From positions 62,001-126,000 of IMG/VR virus record IMGVR_UViG_3300014720_000001: DNA of 64,000 nucleotides; one strand, given 5' to 3'. Position 1 is the first letter of the stretch; each line of letters opens with the position of its first letter. Of this stretch, positions 1 to 8,500 are shown one piece after another. The translations under genes and the position numbers were made by a program. The notes under the pieces were generated by a model. The model was not told where the DNA came from. It saw only the letters and a program-made list of their open reading frames with translations, and did not search any database.

Positions 1-463
1 GATCATCAGACTCAAGCAGTCGGTTCAGTTTGCCGTACGCGTCGATAGAGTTGGCAACTTGTCGGCCACCGTACGCGCCGGCTCCGGCGCCAGCCAGATT
101 AAACAGCGCATTACTTGACGACCCGTCTTGATTCTTTACGGCAGCAATCGCGGGTGGCGGAGCCGTTTTTGTAAGCAGCATGTTCTTAGCCGCGGTTGCA
201 CCGAGGCCGCCGATGCCGCCCATGAGCGCGTAGTCCAACACGGCACGCCGTTTTTTCTTTCCTTGTAGCGCACCAATCAACCCGCCTGCGCCAGCACCGA
301 TAGCGGCGTTTTGGAGATACGGGTTGCTAAGCACCTGCGAAAGATCAGCTTGCTTCGTTAGCGCAGTGGTCACCGCAGCCACCTTCTCAACCGCCGCGTC
401 GGGGGTGCGGGTTGCGATAGCCGATAAACCGCGCGCTAATTCTTGTGCGTCAGTTGTATTCAT
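1..463 (-). CDS. Glycine-zipper membrane protein with K-x-A motifs (partial, runs off window start)
   Basis: ATG at 461-463, 2 nt downstream of the stop of the 457-aa ORF. My translation MNTTDAQELARGLSAIATRTPDAAVEKVAAVTTALTKQADLSQ...GAGAGGLIGALQG...GGIGGLGA stays open to position 1. Not in the ORF track. Confidence 0.75.
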   Translation of the reverse strand, partial: MNTTDAQELARGLSAIATRTPDAAVEKVAAVTTALTKQADLSQVLSNPYLQNAAIGAGAGGLIGALQGKKKRRAVLDYALMGGIGGLGATAAKNMLLTKTAPPPAIAAVKNQDGSSSNALFNLAGAGAGAYGGRQVANSIDAYGKLNRLLESDD

Positions 464-465
464 GA

Positions 466-1839
466 TTACAGCAACTCACGAGCTTTTTGCTGCGCTTCGA
501 GATTACTCTTTATGCTCTCGGCGCGGATCTTTTCCATTTCAATCAGCTGCTTGATATCAAAATCGGCGAGTTGGCCGGCTTCTAACCGTTTTCGCAACAG
601 CGCCTGCATCGCGGCGCCCGAGCCGGTGAAGTTCGGCGCAATTTCGGCGATCTGGTTGTATGCGGAAGCTACCTCGTGCGGGTCGTAGCCGGAGATAACC
701 GGGTCGTTCAGAATAAGATCGTTCAGCACGCCACGCGATTTGATTTGCTGTAGTTTGTTTTCGTGCTCCGCGTCGGACATGCGCATAAACGCTTTTTGTT
801 TTTGCTTAGTCGGGTCATTGGCCTTGCCAGCTTCCGTGTCCATTTCTCCGGCTAGACCCGCTGGGCTCATCAGTTTGCCGAGATGGCCCATCGTACCGCT
901 ATAGGATGTCAGGGGCGGGGCCGAGTCTTGTTTTTTTTTAACCGCCGCCACCTTTAAAGCTAGCGGCGCGGTTTTGGGGTCGTGAAGGATTGAGCCGGTT
1001 ACGGGTGTCGGAGCCGCTTTCTTTTCGTCTGCCGGCGCCGCGAATGCCGCAAGCTTATTCTGTGCGTCGTTATGCAGTTCTACCGCTTTGATAACGTTCT
1101 CTACCAACGTCACAACGGGCAGATTACCGAAGTAATCCTGCTTTGTGGTGGCCTGTTTTGTGAAGTGCGGGTAAACCGCTGCAATTTTATTAAGGGTTGA
1201 CGCGCCCATGTCGCCGAGCCGTAAACCAACTTCGCGCACAGCGTCGTTAAACGACATGTGACCCGGAACGCGGAAATACTGGGCCAGCTCTTCCATTGCG
1301 CTTGCCGCTTTGTGGTGCGCAACCGTAGCCTGCCGGCGCGTCTCTTCCATAGCCTGCTTGGCGGCTTGTTTCTGGCTGTATGTACGCATGACCGCTGAGT
1401 GCTCATCGCGGGGCGGCGGGGTGTACGTCTTTTCTGGTAATACACTCTTGGCGGCGGCCGCTTTGTTTAATGCGGCGTTGCGGCGGGATATAAACCCAGT
1501 TGGCGACACCGCGTACTCGGTTGATATAACGCTGTTTTGCGTTAGCTCGGCCGACGTCTTTACATGTTTTGGATACAACGCGTTCATAACAACGTCTGCA
1601 TCTGCCAGCTGAAAGTCGGCAGCTTTCTCAAGCGTCGTCTCGCCTAGCTCGCGCTGCTTATTGGTGCGGCCAGTGTTATAGGCGTGCACCATAAGATTGA
1701 TGTGCCCGGCCGGGATATTGGCGTCCGACGCGCTTTTGATAATTGCAGCGTTAGGTGTCTCGCCGCCGTTAACCAACGTCGCAGCGCGCTCGATGGCGCT
1801 TAACAGCTTTTGCTCAGCTTTTTTACTTAGTGCCCGCAT
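466..1839 (-). CDS. Hypothetical Ala/Lys-rich protein, probable virion protein
   Basis: 457-aa ORF tightly packed with its neighbours; several K-x-A motifs; no recognisable catalytic motif. Confidence 0.7.
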   Translation of the reverse strand: MRALSKKAEQKLLSAIERAATLVNGGETPNAAIIKSASDANIPAGHINLMVHAYNTGRTNKQRELGETTLEKAADFQLADADVVMNALYPKHVKTSAELTQNSVISTEYAVSPTGFISRRNAALNKAAAAKSVLPEKTYTPPPRDEHSAVMRTYSQKQAAKQAMEETRRQATVAHHKAASAMEELAQYFRVPGHMSFNDAVREVGLRLGDMGASTLNKIAAVYPHFTKQATTKQDYFGNLPVVTLVENVIKAVELHNDAQNKLAAFAAPADEKKAAPTPVTGSILHDPKTAPLALKVAAVKKKQDSAPPLTSYSGTMGHLGKLMSPAGLAGEMDTEAGKANDPTKQKQKAFMRMSDAEHENKLQQIKSRGVLNDLILNDPVISGYDPHEVASAYNQIAEIAPNFTGSGAAMQALLRKRLEAGQLADFDIKQLIEMEKIRAESIKSNLEAQQKARELL

Positions 1840-2770
1840 CGATTTTCTCCGGGTAGTGCAGTTCTTGAATCAGATTTTGATGCTGCAAAGAACCGCCAGC
1901 CGCAATAATCATCATTTCGTCATTGCGTAATTCTGCTGCGCCGTCATCAAAGGGTAACATTTTTACAGCTACGGAATCTAGTTTTGTCCCTACTTTAAAC
2001 GGCAGCGTAGCCAACATTGCGCCAATATTCTCGACGATAGTTGCCTGTGACTTCGAGGCGTTGTCGCTGTTTTTCTCGATCTCTACGTATTTTACAAAAG
2101 AATCGATCAGCGGTAACTGGGTATGGCTGTTGACCGGTACAGTAAGGCTGGCAATTGCCGCCTTGTATTTCATCGAGTGTACGGCGAAATCTTGGAAAAA
2201 CGCCGAGACGCCGCCCGCAGAATCTGGCTTTGGAATGACCAGCCCGCGATTAATAGCCGCGTCGAGAACGTGCTGGCCGCCGCGGTAGCCGAGCAGTTTC
2301 CACAGCAGGTCGTAGTGGCGCTCCTGTAGTCCGCGAGTTACCGCATCTGCCATCACCACGTTAACGACATAGTCAGTGTTTTGCAGTTTTGCGCGAACAT
2401 CAAAAAACGTGTTCGCGTACGCGTCGATGATGTCCGGTTCAGTACCTAGTTTATCGGCAATCTCTTGATTTGATTCGCCGGCTAAGATGCGCGCTTCGAT
2501 CGCCCAGCGGCTTGGCTTTTTATCGTCTGCCCATATGGCGTGCGCCCAGTACATCGGGCCGTCGCGCAGCATCGCGCCGTACAGCGCGTCCGGGTTATTA
2601 TTGGCGCGCTCAAAATGGCGCTTTAAACGTAACGAGCGTTGAATCCATGTGAAGCCTTCCGGGCCGTCAAACTGGCGGGACGGTTTTTTACCGCCGCTGT
2701 CGATTTGTACTGCCCGCAACCACCGCCAGTTGGGCGGGCGCAGCGGATTGGCGCAAAAAGCGTTCAACAT
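1823..2770 (-). CDS. Hypothetical protein
   Basis: 315-aa ORF overlapping its neighbours in operon fashion. Confidence 0.7.
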   Translation of the reverse strand: MLNAFCANPLRPPNWRWLRAVQIDSGGKKPSRQFDGPEGFTWIQRSLRLKRHFERANNNPDALYGAMLRDGPMYWAHAIWADDKKPSRWAIEARILAGESNQEIADKLGTEPDIIDAYANTFFDVRAKLQNTDYVVNVVMADAVTRGLQERHYDLLWKLLGYRGGQHVLDAAINRGLVIPKPDSAGGVSAFFQDFAVHSMKYKAAIASLTVPVNSHTQLPLIDSFVKYVEIEKNSDNASKSQATIVENIGAMLATLPFKVGTKLDSVAVKMLPFDDGAAELRNDEMMIIAAGGSLQHQNLIQELHYPEKIDAGTK

Positions 2771-3153
2771 TAGCGCAACGTCGGCGTGTCGACGGTCACA
2801 GTGAAGACCAGCGTCTTATTGGCCGACGGCGTGATCTTGAGATAAAGATATCTTTGCGGATTTGACGGCGAACCATCGCGATTGAGATACGACACGTTTA
2901 AATCGTTTTTGAACGGCGTCGTTTGATCAAACGACAGCACCTTAAACGTGTCAGCGGGTAGGTCGCTATTAGGCGCTTTATCCTGTTTGCTGGAGTAGAG
3001 CGCCGCGGTAAAGTTGCCGGTGGCGCCGCCAGCGGCCTCGACGAGGCTGTACCCCTTTAGCACACCACGATGCGGCATGGGCACAGCGACAGTTGTCGCG
3101 GAGCCGCTGTTGGCTGTAAACGTGACGCTACCGGACCATACTGTGCTGGGCAT
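2770..3153 (-). CDS. Hypothetical beta-rich protein, possibly structural
   Basis: 127-aa ORF; its stop overlaps the next start. Confidence 0.6.
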   Translation of the reverse strand: MPSTVWSGSVTFTANSGSATTVAVPMPHRGVLKGYSLVEAAGGATGNFTAALYSSKQDKAPNSDLPADTFKVLSFDQTTPFKNDLNVSYLNRDGSPSNPQRYLYLKITPSANKTLVFTVTVDTPTLR

Positions 3154-3162
3154 ATTTCACCT

Positions 3163-5580
3163 TTATGCGTTAGCGATAGCGCCAAGATCAACGTCCTGCG
3201 CGGCTTCTTCCGGATACGGCTCGATGGTCTTCTGCTTGAGGAACAGAATAACGTCGCCAAGCATTTCAAACGCGTTGCGCAGCGAGTCTTCCAGTTCCGG
3301 CATGTCCGACTTGCCGTAACGTTCAGCAAACCGGTCACCGTGCCAGTAGAACATAAACAAGATACGACCAAGCTTGTCGAGACCCTTGGTTAGCTCGCCC
3401 ATGTAACGATCAACGAGCGAGTCGTCGCGCACAGCGCGGAGCATGGCGCCCACCATGGCGGTATCAAACACTTCACGCTGCCCGCTCTGAGCGGCGTCAA
3501 TGACAGAGCGTACGTCGCGCTGATCGAGCAGCGTGTTCGGGTTGTATACGCTGCGGTCGGTTTGACTGGCGCTCATACCCGGGACAGGCACGCCAACGTC
3601 GATACCGAGCTGCGTCGGAACGCTGGTACCCATGATGCTCTCACCGCCCATCACCGGGCCGGGATCGCTTGGGGCAGACGGCGCGCCATTAATCATCATC
3701 GGACCGCCGTACGGGTCGGCATACTTCACGCGGCATTGAAACTTGCGTTTGGCGGCAGCTTGTTTCAGGATCTCGCGGGCTGCTTCTTCGCGCAGGCCGT
3801 GATGCTCAACAAGTGTTACAAGCGCTTTGATAGGCGTTAGCGCTGATTCTTTGTTAAGTGTTGGGTTGATGGACACGGTTGTTCCGGTGTGATAAACCGT
3901 CAACGACGCGGTCTTCTGCATTAGTGCTAGTTGTGCGTCGACAAGGTTGCCGGGCATCAGGGCCGGCGGATCGCTCTCGCCGCAACCACACGCGCCCTGA
4001 TCTTCTGCAGTTTCGGCGTCGTCTTCGCCCTTGGTGACCTTGAGCAGCTTGAACCCTTCCGGCACGTAGATGTCACCCATACTCGCGCGCAGGCTGGAGC
4101 CCTTCTTACCGTTGAGGTGGATACGCACGCCATCGCGGTATTTGTCGTAGTTCAGTGGGTCCGTGTAGCAGCAGGCGCCGATAGAGCCCTTGGGCGGATA
4201 CTTCGAGTGATCTTCGAGGTGCACTTCGTAAATCGTGCTGTCTTCGCTGTTACCGTACTCCTTGATCACGCGGAAAGGCGCTGTGGTGTCGCCGCGCTTG
4301 CTGAGGGCGATATAACGGGCGTCCTTGCTCGGTACGCTGTTGGCGTCCGGCAGGCCGTCAAACCACTTGTCAAACTCTTCCCCCTCGATCCGGGCCAACG
4401 CAAAAACTTGGTCGGCGCGGGTGTTGAGCCAGTTACGCGCACCGTCGACGCGCACGACCGTGATGAAGTTCTCGCGCTTGGCGGCGCCTTGCGGATGGAC
4501 AGCCACGTAACAACGCTCAATGTTGCCCGGCTTGACCAGAATCTCGTACAGGCCGCTTTCGGTCGGGTTGAACAGCTTCTTTTCAACCTGAATGTGGTAC
4601 GGCACCGAAACGTTATCGCGGTCACGCTCGTCTTGAATTAACACGCCGTCGCGCAGAAGCTTTTCCTGATCTTCTTCGCTGTGGCCGACCGGCGCCTTGG
4701 TCTGAATCGTGACGTCATACGTGATAACCGTCAGGCCCTTAACAGACGCCGGTTCCTTGGGCGCTTCGGACAGCACACTAGCAATCTTGGTGCTGGCGGC
4801 AACTTCGCGAGCCGCGGCTTCGGCGATGGCTTGCTTCACGATATCTAAACCGTGAAACTCGTCGAGAGCGGCGGCGAGCTGTGGGGCGTGTTTGCACGTG
4901 TTAATAAGCGTGCCGATCACTTCGCGCCCAGCCTGCTTTAAAAACGTCTGCAGATCCAGCGCTTCGCCCATCTCTTTGAACGCCTGCGCAGTATTTAACG
5001 TGGCGCTCTTGGCGAGGGCCGGCATAGCAGCCGTCATCATCTCTTTGAGCGTCGGCTGAGCTGAGCCGAACTTGGCCGGGCTGCGCGAAAGCTGTGTAAA
5101 GTCGGGCTGGCGCTGGCCTAAGCCCGACAGGTTGCGCTGCACGCCGCTGCCCAGAATGTTGGGCTTGCGGTTAATCAAGTAGTTAATCCAGTTTTCCTTG
5201 AGCGGCACGAACATGTCCTGATTCTTGATGTACAGGAGTTCGTGGCCCTTGAGGTCGCCGTTCAGGAAAAACACCGGCGCATACAGCCAGTTTGAACCGA
5301 CCTTAAACGCAAACACGCCGACCGCTTTGGTGTTTTCCCGGTTGCGGTCGAGGAGCTGGAAGCCGATTTCGTGGTCGAGCAGCTTGGGAGCCGAATCGCG
5401 CAGATAGGCGTGCGCCAGATTGCTAAACGACTGCTCGAAGGAAGTGTCGTCGCCTTTGCCGCCTAGATCGGCGTATTTGGTCTGAGTGCGGTCATACGAC
5501 TTCAGCACATTCAGCCAATGCTTAACAGACGACTCTTTCGCTTTTTTGTTATACACGGCCAGCCTCCATGCTGCGCTCAA
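3163..5580 (-). CDS. Large hypothetical protein, probable virion protein with many K-x-A motifs
   Basis: 805-aa ORF with TKYA, AKSA, LKQA, TKIA, QKTA, KESA and VKYA motifs. Confidence 0.75.
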   Translation of the reverse strand: MSAAWRLAVYNKKAKESSVKHWLNVLKSYDRTQTKYADLGGKGDDTSFEQSFSNLAHAYLRDSAPKLLDHEIGFQLLDRNRENTKAVGVFAFKVGSNWLYAPVFFLNGDLKGHELLYIKNQDMFVPLKENWINYLINRKPNILGSGVQRNLSGLGQRQPDFTQLSRSPAKFGSAQPTLKEMMTAAMPALAKSATLNTAQAFKEMGEALDLQTFLKQAGREVIGTLINTCKHAPQLAAALDEFHGLDIVKQAIAEAAAREVAASTKIASVLSEAPKEPASVKGLTVITYDVTIQTKAPVGHSEEDQEKLLRDGVLIQDERDRDNVSVPYHIQVEKKLFNPTESGLYEILVKPGNIERCYVAVHPQGAAKRENFITVVRVDGARNWLNTRADQVFALARIEGEEFDKWFDGLPDANSVPSKDARYIALSKRGDTTAPFRVIKEYGNSEDSTIYEVHLEDHSKYPPKGSIGACCYTDPLNYDKYRDGVRIHLNGKKGSSLRASMGDIYVPEGFKLLKVTKGEDDAETAEDQGACGCGESDPPALMPGNLVDAQLALMQKTASLTVYHTGTTVSINPTLNKESALTPIKALVTLVEHHGLREEAAREILKQAAAKRKFQCRVKYADPYGGPMMINGAPSAPSDPGPVMGGESIMGTSVPTQLGIDVGVPVPGMSASQTDRSVYNPNTLLDQRDVRSVIDAAQSGQREVFDTAMVGAMLRAVRDDSLVDRYMGELTKGLDKLGRILFMFYWHGDRFAERYGKSDMPELEDSLRNAFEMLGDVILFLKQKTIEPYPEEAAQDVDLGAIANA

Positions 5581-5637
5581 AATTGGGCCCAGTATTAATT
5601 TACTGCGCCGAAGTCTCTATATCCTACAAAAACAGGC

Positions 5638-7518
5638 TCACGGCTTCCACCCGCTTGTTGTGCCGATGACGCCAAACTGCTCGCCCTGCGCTAATGCCGG
5701 CACATAACTACTGCCAGCTGTATCGCTACTTAAGCCGCGCTGGACGCTATTCATCAGCCCTTTTTCCTGATAGGACCCCAACATTCGAGTCATCCAGTCG
5801 GGGTCGTTTGAAATGTTTGCCATACCCCGTACCATCTCCGGCTGAAACGGTGGCGGCTCTTTATGCGCCTGTACTGTTTTCACGCCGTATTTATTCAAGT
5901 TACTGAGCACGTTTTTACCGATCTTCGTGCCAATTGAGTAGTGCAGTACGGGTTTTTCTAGATAATGTCCGGAAAGCGAGCTAGGTGCGGCAGCTACACT
6001 TCCCTCGCGCGGAGTCCAGTTGCGCTCGATTGCGGAGTACGGCACAACGTCGTCAGGCACGTAATCGCCGTACTCGTCCGTCAGGCGCACGTGATTTACA
6101 AGTCCGCGCGCCAGTAGCTCGATGTTGCGCCGATGGGCTGTAATTCCGCTGTTACCCATTACCTGCCGCATGGCTTGCACAAAGTAGCGCCGGCCTTCGC
6201 CGATTCCTTTGTGCCTGACAATTTCTGAAGGATTTGGCATACCGTCTGATAGAACGTCGCCAGCTTCCAGCTCGTCGCCTTTTTTAATAGAAAGCGCGCG
6301 CTCGGTCGGGACGTAGTGGTCTTGTCCGTTAATTTGGACATAGTGCCCGCCTTGGGGAGCCGGGCGAATTTCTTGTACGCGGCCGTCGATTTGAGCGTGC
6401 GCGGCCCCGTCTGGATATTTTTTTGGCACCTGCACGAGCGCGTTGAGAGCTTTAAACCCCGAAATCGCCCCCGCGCCGCCGACACCGCCCGAGTGTTTCG
6501 AGCTGATCTGGCTTTGCGTGACGGGCTCGGACAGGGCTTGCGCCGCTGCGATGCCCACATAATCGCCAACAGGCGGTAAACGCCCTTTCTCTCGATAGCC
6601 GACGTCTCTTGCATAAACTCCGCCGTCTCCGGGACCGCCTACAATTGGGCTACGAACTAAAATATCTTTAGCGCCACTTTCTTTCAGGTCGCGCAGAATT
6701 TTGGGCGTTAATATCGTGTTTCGCTTGTACGGCCCCACCGCGCGCGCCAGTAACGCGCCTTCATTGTCGGGGTCATCTACGTCGGTCGGGTAGCCGCGTT
6801 CTTCTGCGGCCATACGGCGCTCTTCGTCGGTGTCGTCGTCATCGTCGGCTGTGACCAACAAACGGTGCGTCATCTGCGCCAACTGCTTGCCGTAGAAACC
6901 AGCGTCGGCCGTCGCGGTCTTCAGGTCGATCACGCCTTTACGGGTACCGAACGCGCCGGCAAAGTACTCCACCGGGCGTAAACCTTGGCTGTAACCGCGC
7001 AACACCGGAATTGGAATCGGTTCGCCGCGGTGATCTAGGTACTGCATGTCGGCGCCGAGAATTGAATTCAACTGAAACTTGTTGCCGACGCCAGACCCGG
7101 CGATTTGATGGACGAGGGGGTTATCCTGCCCTTCCGCTTCTTTGTAGACCTTGTCGAGAAGTTCTTGCTGGGCTGTTTGAGCAAGTTCAAGCAGTTTGAC
7201 GTTGCGTTGCTTTTCGTCGAGCCGTCTGTCGGCAAAAATGTCGCGCATCTGGTTTTGTACGCGCAACTGAACGTGCCGAGCCGCCAGCGTCGGTTTGATA
7301 TCTTTAAGCCCGAACGACAGGCCGTTAGTCGTGTACCCAGCATCACGGCCAATATCGTGCAACCGCTTCATAACCTCGCGATACTTTTCCGGGTGGGTTT
7401 TCGCCAGCTCGGTTGCGAGGCCCGACATTGTCTTCTTAGTTAAAACGCGGTCATAGTCGCGCATTTCTGGCGGCAGTGCTTCGTTTACCAGAAGTTGACC
7501 GAGCGTCGTTTTGAGCAT
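5638..7518 (-). CDS. rpoC: DNA-directed RNA polymerase beta' subunit, C-terminal half
   Basis: Begins TTLGQ (cf. E. coli TTVGR). Bridge helix GLRPVEYFAGAFGTRKGVIDLKTATADAGFYGKQL; trigger-loop region AAAQALSEPVTQSQISSKHSGG; RRNIELLARGL-like C-terminal motif. Confidence 0.92.
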   Translation of the reverse strand: MLKTTLGQLLVNEALPPEMRDYDRVLTKKTMSGLATELAKTHPEKYREVMKRLHDIGRDAGYTTNGLSFGLKDIKPTLAARHVQLRVQNQMRDIFADRRLDEKQRNVKLLELAQTAQQELLDKVYKEAEGQDNPLVHQIAGSGVGNKFQLNSILGADMQYLDHRGEPIPIPVLRGYSQGLRPVEYFAGAFGTRKGVIDLKTATADAGFYGKQLAQMTHRLLVTADDDDDTDEERRMAAEERGYPTDVDDPDNEGALLARAVGPYKRNTILTPKILRDLKESGAKDILVRSPIVGGPGDGGVYARDVGYREKGRLPPVGDYVGIAAAQALSEPVTQSQISSKHSGGVGGAGAISGFKALNALVQVPKKYPDGAAHAQIDGRVQEIRPAPQGGHYVQINGQDHYVPTERALSIKKGDELEAGDVLSDGMPNPSEIVRHKGIGEGRRYFVQAMRQVMGNSGITAHRRNIELLARGLVNHVRLTDEYGDYVPDDVVPYSAIERNWTPREGSVAAAPSSLSGHYLEKPVLHYSIGTKIGKNVLSNLNKYGVKTVQAHKEPPPFQPEMVRGMANISNDPDWMTRMLGSYQEKGLMNSVQRGLSSDTAGSSYVPALAQGEQFGVIGTTSGWKP

Positions 7519-7519
7519 G

Positions 7520-7759
7520 TCACGGCGTCCACACTATGTTCTGCATCGACTTAGGTTGAAAGTCAGAGACAACTACTGTCTTTTCGATGCCGAGCGCACG
7601 CAACATAGGGTGAAAGTCTTTTTCACCTACAGTTGAATACACGATGGCTTCGTCAACCTGAATGGCCACAAAAAGCGGGTTGCCTTTGTCGTCTTCAACA
7701 ACAACGCTGTGCGCTTTTTGATCTGTCGGCTGCAGGCTGTGCTGCGTTTTAACCCGCAT
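7520..7759 (-). CDS. Small hypothetical protein between the RNAP genes
   Basis: 79 aa from MRVKTQH (ATG at 7757-7759); its stop lies 1 nt from the rpoC-C start. Confidence 0.6.
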   Translation of the reverse strand: MRVKTQHSLQPTDQKAHSVVVEDDKGNPLFVAIQVDEAIVYSTVGEKDFHPMLRALGIEKTVVVSDFQPKSMQNIVWTP

Positions 7760-8480
7760 TGTCCGCAATACTCCGAAGCATGGCTGCGATCGCGTTCGCC
7801 TTGATCTGCGTTGCTGTCGGAGCGTTTGGGTCTTGATAGCTGGGCCCAAACGGACGCCCGATCGACGCGGCCGCCTTCTCGGAACGGTCCCACCACGCGG
7901 CTGCCTTCGACGGGTCGGCTTCGGGCGGGGCGGCGTTCGGGGGCATGGGTCCGCCCGGAGGCGTCGGACCGCCCGGAGGTTGCATGCCGCCCTGCGCGTT
8001 CGGGTCTTGCGGCGGCGGCGCCATCGGGCCGCCCGGAAGCGCGGTTTCAGCCGGCGGGGCGCCAGTTGTGCCCGGCGGCAGCACCAGCGACTCGGGCGGC
8101 ACCTGAACGCCCATCGCATTCATAATGGCCGTGAGCTGCTGCTGCATGTTGTACAGCCGGTAGTCAAGCATCTGCATCATCTGCTCGGGCTTGAGCTTTT
8201 GCTGCGCGCCGGCAGGAGCTGCGCCCGGAGCGGCGGGTGCGGCGGGCGCTGCGGGAGGTGCAGCGGGAGGCGCCATTCCCATAGCCGCTGGATCCACTGG
8301 CGGTGCAGCTGCTGCAGCGACAGCAGACGGATCGGCCGGCGGTACAGCCCCCATGGCGGCTGGGTCAACCGGCGGAGCACCACCAGCAGCAGCGGGATCC
8401 ACCGCCGCTCCGGGCACTAATGCAGATTTTTCAAAGCGCGCTTTCGCGAGCGCGATAAGTTCGGGGTTGACCGTGAACAT
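7749..8480 (-). CDS. Pro/Ala-rich low-complexity protein
   Basis: 243-aa ORF with PPVDPAAMG repeats and an EKSA motif near the N-terminus; SD-like GGAGG upstream. Confidence 0.75.
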   Translation of the reverse strand: MFTVNPELIALAKARFEKSALVPGAAVDPAAAGGAPPVDPAAMGAVPPADPSAVAAAAAPPVDPAAMGMAPPAAPPAAPAAPAAPGAAPAGAQQKLKPEQMMQMLDYRLYNMQQQLTAIMNAMGVQVPPESLVLPPGTTGAPPAETALPGGPMAPPPQDPNAQGGMQPPGGPTPPGGPMPPNAAPPEADPSKAAAWWDRSEKAAASIGRPFGPSYQDPNAPTATQIKANAIAAMLRSIADNAG

Positions 8481-8500
8481 ACGACCTCCGTAGGTAAGAA

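Noticed and set aside
466-5580. Assigning capsid, portal or terminase identity to the large unknown ORFs
   Set aside because: No diagnostic motifs were recognised; profile or structure searches are needed.
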